A DNA stretch of 64,000 nt from Azolla caroliniana (lineage: Eukaryota; Plantae; Polypodiophyta): assembly GCA_043228905.1 (NCBI GenBank), contig JBHGNT010000003.1, positions 20,336,001 through 20,400,000 on the forward strand, given 5' to 3'. Below, in pieces: positions 27,601-39,857 of the stretch. The position numbers and the translations under genes are program-made. The notes under the pieces were generated by a model. That model saw only the letters and a program-made list of their open reading frames with translations, ran no database searches and was not told the DNA's origin. How positions within the stretch are numbered: position 1 is the first letter of the stretch; each line of letters opens with the position of its first letter.

Positions 27601-30600
27601 TAAGCCTTGACAAGTAATGCATGAATGTTTCCAAATTCAAGGATTTCATATCTACCTTTATATGCCATATGGAATGTAGTTTATTTTAAGACATGCAATG
27701 AAAAGCCAATGGTAACGTGTGCAATGTGCTGAAAAAAGGTAGCTTTTACAAGGGGTCTCAGAGAGAAGGCAACCTCTAAGAAGTAAAGGCAACAACTTCT
27801 GTTTGGACCAAATATTGGGTGCACAGAAAAGTATGTTCCTTTATGAAAAAGGGTTGATAGTTATTTCCATGCTCTTTCTCATTGGGAAGAGTATTAGTTT
27901 GGGACTGATTTTGCAGTGATTCTTGGAACTTGCGGATAATTTCAAGAATGCTGAAACTGTTGGCTATGATAAGTTGCCCAATGCGTTGATTTTGGATAGC
28001 TTGTGTCTATGCTTAAGTACAATTGGGTGGTAAATGGCCCATGAAATATGTACACATGCTTGTGACCTATATATATACTTATATATAGGATTTTCTACAT
28101 ATGCAGTGGTGTAACTCATGTTTGGCATCTAAAATGCATGCATAATGACATGTTAAAATTGTTGTAGATGAAGGAAGTGAGATGATTTTATGGAGTTAAC
28201 TTGTTAAATGCATGCGTCTCAACCGACAGGGTAGTTTTCAAATTACATGCTATTATGCCATGGACTATGCTGTGATGGTTAGCTTTGGGGCATGCCAAGA
28301 AAAAGAAGGATGTGGCTTAATATGGATTTTTGAAAGTAATTAACTTGTTGCTCCATGTTCCTCCGTGGTCGACAATTAATTGTATTGGTATTGTGATTCA
28401 TATGGAAAATGTATTGTGCTGTTCTATTAGAAGAGCTGAGCTTAACTTGAAATGTGTTTAGGAATGAGAACATCAACGTCAAGATGTTTCTTGTCTATTT
28501 TCAGTAAAACCCCAAATACTGCTGGGTCCTGCAGATAATTTTCCATGCTTTTGTATTTGAGCAACCCAATTTCAACATTCCTGAGCACGCACCTGTTCTA
28601 GCATATTTTTCTGCCATTCTCGTGGTTTCCTGCTTTTAGTTTCCTTGGCAAAGCCCTTCATGCTTAGGGTGTAAAACTATGTATCATACTCCTAAATTTG
28701 AGAATAGAGAGCTTTTATCAAAACTTTAGGTGGAAGTGGTTTTTATTGTTATGATGATCAGTTTGAAAACAATTATAATATCTTATGCTTTTTGCATGTT
28801 GTTAGGAATAAAGAATGTTCAAGGAACCCAGAATACTAAGGTGGGAGATATGATTTTAGAGATTCTAAATCTGCAAAAACGTGAAGAAGTCACTGTAGAT
28901 GCTGTTTCAAGCCATGACTTCACCGAGGTAAGAACAGTATTCCACATGTTATTGTAAAGGTGCTTGCTAATGATAATTTACGTGGCCTTTGTTCTGCAAC
29001 TCCAAAATGATGATTTAACTGTATTCTTGTTGATCATAGAAGGGATAAAATCTTGATAAGGTTCCCCATAGAAAACTTCAGAGCTTTTTGCTAGTTTCAT
29101 TTGAGTAAAGAGGTTGTTGCATTGTATGCAACATTCTTGGTGACAATTCGGGAAGCTTGCGAGGTACCTTGGTAAAATCTGATCATCAGGGGTACAACGA
29201 ATAAATGTGTGAATGGTTATTTGTTATGCTATTCCATTGCTATTGTTTGTAGAGAAACGCTGCTGCACATTCAGGAAATTAGATTGCTCTTTATCAAAGC
29301 ATTTGACACCCTGTTGACCCCAACTATTGGTCACCCTTCCAGTATTTATTGTATTAGTAATTTATAGGAGACGATAAAATAAGATAGAGCTTCCAAAGCA
29401 TTCTCCTTTAAGCACACAATCAAAGAGAGTAAATCAGCTAGGATTCCTTCAGATTTGAGCTGTCTATATCGATTTCTACATCAAAAGAGAGGTTTGTTGA
29501 ATAAACACGTTTTTCTCACATTGCCTAGTGTCTGCACTTCAAAAGGATATCTTAGTCCTATTATCTAGCTGCTAACTTATAACTTTTAAGTGACTTTAAT
29601 CGGGAACTAACTTAACTTTACTCTATAAGTCACAACATTACAATTTGTCACATGCTCTACACACATCCGAACTCCATGCCCACTAGATCGACCGCATGCT
29701 GATGTCGGGGCTTCCTAGCAAGGTTTTCTCAAGTCTATTAAAGATTGGCCCTCAACCTTCATACTGGCCATGCAACGTCATCTTGCGTGATTTCAACAGT
29801 TTGAAAATAAAGTCAAATAAATTAAAGAATTCTTAAATACTGCCATAAAAGAGAATGGATTAAAAATTGCTGAAACTAGGAGAGCTCATCCATACAAATC
29901 ATGTCCTAATCAAGGGCGAGTAATATACAGGTGCAAAGTAGGAAAAATATGTGAATAAGCTTGCTATTACTAGTATTACTAGTAAATATGCTAGGCCAAT
30001 AAAGAATGCATAGAGACACCAAAAGCCATCAACCTTGGTTAACTGTGATTCATTACTTAAGCTCCAAGTTTCTTGTCCTCTTGAAACTGTAGCATAAACC
30101 CTCTATACGTGCATCCGACTTCTTAGAATTTGAAGATAAAAAACACAACACCTCCATTATATCCCTTGACTGTGTTCATAGATGTAAGTGTAAGCGCCGA
30201 CTTCTTAGAATTTGAAGATAAAAAACGCAACACCTCCATTATATCCCTTGACTGTGTTCATAGATGTAAGTGTAAGCATTTCCATAGTGATTACCCTTTG
30301 CATACTGGCTGTTCACTTTTCTGTGACTGGTTGGCTGCTTTAGAGCATAAAAGATTTTCTTGCAAGAAGATTAAGGCAAGGTGAAGTTATCTCAAAGCGG
30401 TAAAATAATCCTCCATGAAACAAAAGAAGCTATGAAGAACCAGAATTTTAACAAGGCATATTCAAATGTATTCTGTGGCATGGAAAAATATTTTGCATGT
30501 CTTTAGTGACATAGACCTATTTCGCTTTGACACATAGAACCTCTTATCTATTTGCATGGTCTATGCAGTTAATGTATATTAGAGGTATTATAGGACTCAA

Positions 30601-33575
30601 TTGTTTTAGAGTATTATTGTGAATTTCATTTCAGGGATAATGAATTTTAGTAGGGATGTTTCCGAAGTTTTGAACAATCATTTCAGAGCTCTTTAGTTTA
30701 ATGATAATTCTGTATTAGAAAATGTTTATGCATATGAAAACTGACATTTTCCTATTTTGATTAAATGAGTGAAACAGGAGGAGTGCCAGCGTTTACGGCA
30801 ATGTGTAAAGTGTGGTCTTCTAAATGCAATGACAGTGGTCAGTTCCATTGTAGTTTCACTTGGAACATTCATTTGTACCAACATTTAAGGTTTGACCCAC
30901 TGCATTTATGCATTTCAGGGTCAGCTCGAGGAAAAAGCTAGAGCTCTTCGAGAGGCCAAGGTGAAGGATGTAAGTAGCTCAAAAACTCTATTGTACAGGC
31001 ACATCATGTGCCTTCCTTAAATGAGATTATGATGGAAAAATTACAAGTTTGTCATTATGAAATTTGACATTTAGTTTGCATCTCCCTTATCCACAAGTTT
31101 GAATTTTGTGATCCGACACTCAATTTGAATTTTTAAGCTACCCATCTGGATGGCAAGATTGACTAAATTCTGCACGTTGCTAAATTTCTATTTCCCTAGT
31201 ATATCAAGAAATTATTATGAAATTAAATATAATTGGAAAGAGATCCAAGATTCCTTGCTCTATAACCTCTGCTCAATGAGCAAATTGTGCTATATCCTGT
31301 TTCTCTTGAATAGAATAAAACCTTTTAAACTATTATAATTTGAGCATATGTTAAAAAATTTGAATGGCTGGAAACAGATCCTATTATTAATTATGTTTTA
31401 AACATCTCATCTCACCCTGTGTCCCAGAACCTTGATTCAGTTGTATCTATCTATGTTCTTGTTATCATCATCATTCTATATGAATATGGAGATATTTTTC
31501 AAGTCTAGCTGTTCAACTGGTATTTTCATTTCAATGGCTATTCAAAACTAATTGGGGATATTTGCATTATATACCAAACTAATCATCTGTGTCATCAACA
31601 GTGGTTTGAAAACGAGCTTGTTAGGCTAAGTCATCTTCGAGACAGAGCAAGTGAGAAAGGTCGTAAAAAAGAATATCCTTTTATTTGGTGTCTTATAATT
31701 GGTAATTAGTATTGAATATCCTTTTATTAGAGGGTTCATCCCATCCAGCATAATTCTTAACTAATGTCTTCATCATGCACGCTTAGAGAGTGTGTTGAGA
31801 AGCTTCAAGTCTTGAGTAGCCCTGCACAAAGAGAAAGACAACTAAAGGCTCCTATCGATATCAATATAGATCCGCATATGGACCCTGAATATGAATCAGA
31901 AAATGCGGACGATTTATCAGCAAATAGCATAGGTATACAACTTCTTTTCCTTTCCTGTAAATTAATACAAGACATCTGTAACTCAACTTGTACTCGTGCA
32001 GGAAATCAAAGTGACTGGGATAACAGCATTATTCAAAAAGTAAGGGAAAAGACTGGCCCTGTGGAAACGTCTCAGAATGTTGGGAACAAGGGAAACTTGG
32101 CTGAAGCCAATCCTCTTTCAAGGATAAGTATAAGTGAGTGCAAATCAAATTCATTTAGAAATAGAGATAACTCTGGACAGCTCCAAAGATGGGTTCATGA
32201 GAGTAGTGTTGAGAGATGGGATAATGGTGCAATAAATACAGATCATTCAAGTACCAGTTGGAATCATCAGAAGAATTTCCCCAAAAAGGATGATATCTGG
32301 GGAGACAGTGTAGAGATTTACCACCAAAAGGACGAGAAATGGCAAGGCAATTCAGGGGGTTCTAAAAAGGTTGGCGTGGATGGTAACATAAATGAACAAA
32401 GTTATAGAATGGACATAAGAAATGATCACAAATTTGACGAGGATCAAGATGATGGCTGGAGAAAGAGAGGGAGATGTATAGAAGCTGAAGGACCTTCAGA
32501 TACATACTATGTTGATAGCAAAAGCAACAATGAAGGAAACAAAAATTATGAAAGTTGGAGATGCAATTCAGATAGAATGGATGATGGATCCAATAATCTG
32601 GGCAAAAATGATTTTGAAAGAAACGGGTATGCTAGAAAAGATCACAAGTTTGATGAGTGGGGTGGAAACAGGGTAAGTGATGGCAGATGGGTCGGTAATT
32701 TCTCCCAAGAAACAAGTGACAATGGAGGTATAACTAGTAGAAATGACAATGTTCTGAGATCTAATTCAGGTGGAAATACTAATGGATGGCATAGTATGGG
32801 AGTTAGGAACAACATAGATGATATGGGAGGAAGGAACATAAATTATTTTGGCACAAAGCCAAACACTATCGGTTATATAGAGCAAAGTGATGGTTCAAAT
32901 GGCCAGAATGGTGGTTTATCAAGAAGAGAATGGATTGATTCAAAATCTCCATATATCCATAGAGAAGCATATGATACGTTATCAGGGAGGGCAACACACT
33001 TGCAAGTTTATATGGGGGTTGATGAAAATGAAAAGATTTGGTATTATCATGATCCTACTAAAAAGGCCCAAGGCCCCTTTACAATGGTTCAGCTTCGACA
33101 ATGGGAAAAGACAAAGCTTTTTCCTCAAGATTTACGTGTGTGGCGAACTACAGAGACCCCGCAGGATGGTATCTTATTGACAGATCTTCTACAATTGAAG
33201 CTGGGAAAAGAATTCCACCATGGATTTGTAGAGAACCATCGAGATTTCGGGAATGCTTCTAGTGGTTGGGATAGTGGCAAAATAGGTTCAAATTCACAAG
33301 GAAACTATTGGGCAGTTGAAAAACCCGACCGTGTACCACATGATGGCGGATCAAGGCAAGAAAGAGGTTGGGAATCAACACAAGGACTTCCTCGTTATGA
33401 TGATGAGAGAGGAAACTTTGGTCGGGAAAGAGGTTCTATCGATTACCATCCTCATCGACCTGATCAGCAAGCTAATGGCTTCGGAAGGTTCCCAACTAGC
33501 AAGAAAGATTGCCCTTGTAGGTACTTTGAAAGGGGTATGTGTAGCAAAGGTCGAGATTGTGAATTCAAGCACTAA
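24546..33575 (+). CDS. SWIB-Plus3-GYF-CCCH zinc-finger protein (NERD-like family)
   Basis: Exons 24546-25704, 28806-28927, 30778-30837, 30919-30969, 31602-31672, 31781-31932, 32002-33575. SWIB (FVGWAS...YIQTNEL...VRCDEKLHTLF), Plus3 (YAAIDVKNINLIYLKRSL...IVGTFVRIR...YRLVQV...EEECQRLRQCVKCG), GYF-like (WYYHDPTKKAQGPFTMVQLRQW), terminal CRYFERGMCSKGRDCEFKH. Confidence 0.93.
30115..30277 (+). repeat. Near-perfect tandem duplication, period 82 bp (intronic)
   Basis: CCGACTTCTTAGAATTTGAAGATAAAAAAC...GATGTAAGTGTAAGC at 30115 and 30197. Confidence 0.9.
31673..31780 (+). other. U12-type (minor spliceosome) AT-AC intron
   Basis: 5' ATATCCTTT, branch site TTCTTAAC at 31754-31761, 3' CAC. Removal gives the continuous reading ...SEKGRKKE-LRECVEKL. 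Confidence 0.92.
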
Positions 33576-35679
33576 TAGCAATGATGCTATGTATCAAAAG
33601 AAACTTGTAATGTTTGTGTTTCGTTAAAATCATTTTGTGTACACTGTCAATACATCTCATAATCACATCTTTCTTGTTGGGAATTTGATGACCAATATAG
33701 CTCCAAAGTAATCGTTTTATAGTACTGGATGTGGATTCAAATGTCAACCTTGTGCATATTTGATTAATTAGCAGCATTTAGCATAAAATTAAACCTACGT
33801 TAATATTTTGTCACTCCCTTAGGATTTTGTTTATGGAAAAGTTGGCCATACATCATTTGTATATGATATTAGATAAACTGAAATGTGAGTTGACCTGGTT
33901 TTAAGTGTTAGTTTGTAATTAGCCATACATTACTAGACGTGTTCCCCTCACAAACATGTCTCATGTACACATCTGATGAAGAGATAAGGGAAGAAGGTTT
34001 AGTGAGGAAAGAAAACAGTTAGATCTAACATTTGAATGGTAAAGAACACTATGACACCAGTGATTCCTGAATGGCTAACCAAATATTGACGTAAACTCAT
34101 GCTAGAATTTAGGTCCGTGACACCATTCTTTCACTGGACAGTTGCTTCCATGGGATTTCATGGTGCTTGTGAATGAGCATTATTGCAGATAGAAGCTCCA
34201 GCATGTCTCAGGCTTCAATATGATGAATTTTTCATAGAAACTGTTATCCTCATTATGGTAAACTCATGATCGAGCCTTAAATGGTCATTTATCAGAGACT
34301 CGAAATAGTGCTGAAATGGTAGAATATTAGGTCCGCAATATAGACATTCTTGCAATAGACATTTGCTTTGATGGGATGTGTGGAGTGGTCATAGTGATTG
34401 AAGCTCCAACGTTTCTCGTGCTTTAATATAATGATCATTTCATAGAATCTCTTATCCTCATCTTTGAAATGATAATCTTTTTCACATAACCCTCATACTC
34501 ATCAACATCATGATGTTTACATAGGAACTCTTATCCTGATAGAGTGGATGGTTTGATGGACTTTATTGACCTTGTTACTATTAGACTAACCACATGATCG
34601 CCCTTCACCAAAACAATTGCAAATCCTTTAATTTTGTAATATTAGAAATGTGTCATTATGAGTGGTGTGCTTAAATTGTTGTAGTAGCAATGAATCTCTT
34701 CAATACGTATTAGGAAACTTGTGTACTTCAAATTTTCATTGATGACGGTGATCAAAACCTCTCATAAGGTCCTTATTGTCTTCACAATATCTCACTAGAA
34801 ACATTCAAGAATTAATGGTAGGTACATACATGAAGACGCTCAAAAAATATGGCAAATTCTAAATAAAAAGTCTAGGCATATGCATGATGATTGTCAAGCA
34901 CGACCTAGTTACAAAGAGATGATATGGCAAATGCTTTAAAGATTCTTGGAAAATATGGCAAATTCTAATGATAAAAGTCTAGGCATATGCATGACAATTG
35001 TGAGACATGAATTAGATACAAAGAGAGAAGAGATGGTTTTTGAGAACATTGACTGCAATATAAGTAAAATAATAATTAAATCTCCAAGCAACAAGATATC
35101 GAAACATTCAAACATAAAGTATTCTAATGGTCAAGATGCTCCAATTGAAGGCAAGGCACCCTACATCATAAACTAATGATTTGGCAAGTTTTGACAACCT
35201 CCAAAGCATTCTATCATAATGGCGTCCCCTAAACTCATACATCTCTGGTCCGAGGACAAAGGCTTATTCTGAATTTTGTCAATGTAGGATTTGAGAACAC
35301 CTAGGACACATTGCATGCAGTGCGACTAGTCACACATGCAATAATGGATTGGGTGTGATGGAACGAGCTAAAAGCAGCAGCAGGTCCAAATATGATAAGT
35401 TAGTCATAATCTCAGCCTAGCCATTTCTCACATTATTACTAATATAATTCCAATCTACAAATGGAGGAACATTCTTTTTCATCGAAATTAACATTAATGT
35501 AATAAGAATATTTCTCTCTCTACTTCATACAAGCAATTTGATAAACAACCTGGTTTTCTACTAATTTATAATCATGTATTACAGTATTAAAAATTTAAGA
35601 AAAACTAACAAAATAAATAAATGAAGAGAAATAATATATGTATATGGAATGAGGAAGTTTCCATCAAAAAGTATTTCTA

Positions 35680-38600
35680 TTATTTCCCATTGTCATTGTA
35701 CCATAACGAGCGTTTCACAGTACTCCTAGAAGCTTCTCCCAGCTTTGGTGCCCCAAATTCCAGAAACTCCCCAATTTCCTGGACAAGCCAGTCCAACTCC
35801 AGAATCTCTAATCCATAGCCAAATTTATGTTGTTTTTTACCCTCTGTTATTTGGCATGCACTAATAACTTGACCATTCCGCGACTGCAACCACAGTTTTC
35901 ATGGTAGTAAGATTCACATTTCCTTCCTATAGTAAAATGAAAGCATGAAAACCATATGTCACAAGTTATAAAGAATGCATAACACATGCATGCTATGGCT
36001 TAGAAATCACAAAGAATGCATGGCACATGAAAATTATGGATTACAAAGAGTGCATAACATAATGCATACACATGAAAACTACGGGTTAGAAATTGCAAAC
36101 GATCCATATGCATGAAATCAATGGGCTATAAATTACAATGGCACTACAGTTGGGATTGAAATGTTAAATAGACACTTTCAGTTTAATTGCAGAGAATATA
36201 CACATAACCACACTGCAGTTGCAAAGAAACTCTGGATCTCTAAGAAAAAAGCAACTAACCCCCTCAACCGCTATCTTGATTGAATCAATATCTTCAGTTT
36301 TTCCCTCTATCCGTTGTTTAAAAAGATTTCCGAGTTCCCATTGGATAAAGAATTGAGACATGTTGATTTGAATGTCCACTGACACTGCAAAATTATAAAG
36401 AGACTCCTTGGCTAGCCTGGAAAACAACATCAACAATATACACAAAACATACTATGACATCAAAAGATATACACAATCTTGATTGTGAACATTTTAATCT
36501 AATTCCAATTTTGATACTCAGGATAAATCTATACCTTACTCCAACAACCCAGAAAGGAAGGGAGAATAAAGCAAAAAACAAAGGAGCTCCCCCAATAACA
36601 GCTGACCTTGTCCAAAACATCACAAATGCATTCCATGCCTGAAAAGCCATTGCTGTTATCATCTTCAAAAAAATAAAGTTTATATCACAACAAAACACGA
36701 AGTTTCATCTTATCATTTAAGTTATTTTGTCATGGACTAATGTAACACTAGAACCTTACGCAGCATTCATGCTGGCTTGCACAACAATTCTATTGAACTT
36801 CTAAAGACAGTTTTGTATATACCAACATTGAAATTTTTTATATGCATACTTCTTTCCCTGTGTGATTGACGGTTTGTACTTCCTACACTGAACTCCCAGA
36901 TTTCGATAATTTGTGGTAGACAATGCATGTAAGGACAAACGATAATAATGCTGAAATCAAGATTTATTTTGAATGTAAACATAGATATTTTTTGACCTTG
37001 AAAATTACAGAAATTGCTTAAAACCAGCATGGAATGTAAATGCACCTAAGTTTTTCTTTAGTATCAGGAAGGCTAAAGTACTAGCTGGATATTTTTGAAG
37101 ACATACCACTGCAAATGTTCCTGTCCCAAATGAGTCTGAAGTAAATCCAGGTGCAGGAATCTTGATGGTCAAGCTTAAATCAGTTCGGTTTAGAACCTAT
37201 AAAAAGTGAAAACATAAAATGATCGTCAATGTTTTTCAAGCATATACTGAAGCTGAAAGTGTAAAACACAATAAGGCATATACATGAATAAGCTTTAGGG
37301 AAACATTCTCTTTACCACTCTTGTCCCTGATGGCTGCCTGATTCTTTGGTTTGGAGTTTTTCTTTCCATAACTTTCTTAGTTTTCATAGGATTAAGTAAC
37401 CCATTTTTTAAAGCTTCGATCACTTCTGCTGCTGACTGCAAGATGTAGAATCTCACTTTCCAGAAAGTTTTTTATTTTCAATATGATCTAAGAGGGAACA
37501 AAAAGCTAAAACACAAGACCACTTGAAAATGCTACAAACAGACTACTAGGGCTCTTTTATATACAATTTCTCGTAGTAACACTTTGAAAAAGAATAAAAT
37601 ACGTTCATTCCATTCCAAATATGATCCATCGTATGTATTTAGTAGAACAAGCATAGTATAATTAAATTCCTTTGTCTATAACTCATACTAGCATTTTCAT
37701 ACAGCCTTTGGAATTGTGAATGCTCTTAATAATCACTAACTTTAGCCCTATTCATCATATCATCTCTTTAAAACTATGTTCTCTGATTACAAATTACAGA
37801 ATGGATGTATGTGTGTCCATAGCTAATGTCTACATGTAGATAGTCCTATACGTACATTGCCATCATATGATGGAGAAAGAAATAAAAATATGTGCATATA
37901 TACAGAAATACATCTTCTATAAAGAGTGAAAAAGAGTGTACTTGAAAGCGATCCTCCGGTGCAGGTTCTAGTAGCCTCTCTAGTACCGTCTTAAGTTTCT
38001 GACCAATTACTACAGAATCCTGAAAATCAATCTTCAAGCGTTTCTGCACATACAAGACAATATACAATTTCAGTATAAAACCTTGTGTGTCAGATGGAAC
38101 CCTTTTGGCTGTTAGTATCAGTTTCAAAAATAGATTATATATCATTGCTTCACCGCCATAACTAGTTCAATTTGCAACCTTTTGCTACAGCTACAAATTT
38201 GCACATCTGTGTAGTGATAACATGTTTGGACCTGTGGAAATGATGAAGGCGGCCTCCCAGAAAGTAAAAATAAGATGGTGCATCCAAGTCCATATAAATC
38301 AGATTGTACAGTAGCTCGGTTCTGGAATTGTTCTGGAGCCATATAGCCATACTGCATTACCAAAGTGCAAATACACAAATTATATAACTAAGGCTCACAG
38401 ACATGTTGTAATAAAGCTATGAAAAGTATTTTGCATGGAGAACATACATACTGTTCCAACAACTGTGCTTCCAATTAATGTGACAGCAGCAGCATCTTGA
38501 ACTGCACCGAAGTCAACAAGCTTGACTTTTCCACTACTTTCATCCAAAATAATGTTCTCTGGCTGTATGTAATGTCTTTTTAGAACTGAATCAACAACTC

Positions 38601-39820
38601 AATTGCATATGTCATATTCAAATATATATAAATATATGCACGTGGCATAGCATATTCTTTACTCGCATGGAATATCAGAATAATAAATCTAAAGTTCCAA
38701 ATATGCTGCGGTTTTTTAGTTGATTCATGGATAAGAATATTCTGTGGTTATCAATTTTAATGTGAATATTTAATTTAGAACACTGATCCGTGTATATTTT
38801 CTTGGCTATAAATTCATTCTCCACTAGCCTCTCTATACACTTCCATGCATCCTACAGCAGCTCCCATATAGCATTGCTCAGAACATGGAATTTTCTACTT
38901 AATTGACAGTGTTTAGCTTACATTAATAACATGTTTTTTGCTTTCTTTCATTTGGGCATTCATAGGCCCCTATCTTAAATTAAAATGTTCTTTATCAGCC
39001 AATAGTTATTTTATCAACCTTCACATCTCTGTGCACTACTGGTGGCCTCAAGCTTCCCAGATATTGCAAGATTCCCAAGATCTGTAACATAATAATAAGT
39101 TAATCGATTGAATATTGGCAATTCAAAATTTATTCAGATTTAAACTCTTCACATATTCATGTTTAGAACCAACCTAAACCTAATCATAAAGCAAATCATG
39201 AAGATGAGTAGGCTTCCTTTTCAGAAGTGAATAATCCTCTTTTAATAACACATACTTCAATTGCAATCCTTTCGATTTCTTTTTCAGTAGCTCGCCAACC
39301 ACTTTCAATGAGCGATGCCAATGAACTTCCTTCTGCTACTTTTTGTGCAATGTAGAATGCTCGGTCTACATCACTATCAATCTGACAGAAAATAACGGTA
39401 AAATAATTATAATCAGCAATAGTAAATGAATTTAGAAACACAAAAACAGAGCTACCCTCCACCCAAAGACTAGACTAACGTATATATAACATAAACATTT
39501 TTAATACAGAAAAGTATAGCATATACACATGCATTTATACAACACACACATCTATCACTATTAGGAAATCAAACTCAATTTATAATGCAAAACCCATTCA
39601 GGGTTCAGCCAATTTTGCCTATATCTCCCAACTCGCTACAGATCCTTTATTAAGGGAGAAAAATACACAAGTGTTTATAACATTCACAACACACAACCCC
39701 AATAACACCCAAGAAATTGCTCTCAATTTTATCTCTAAAGCTTTGCTACGATTTTTCTTCTCTATGCTCACGCTCTATTTTTCTCTCTGCAAGTGAATAT
39801 AATCGAATGGAGTTATATGG

Positions 39821-39857
<37 letters not shown>

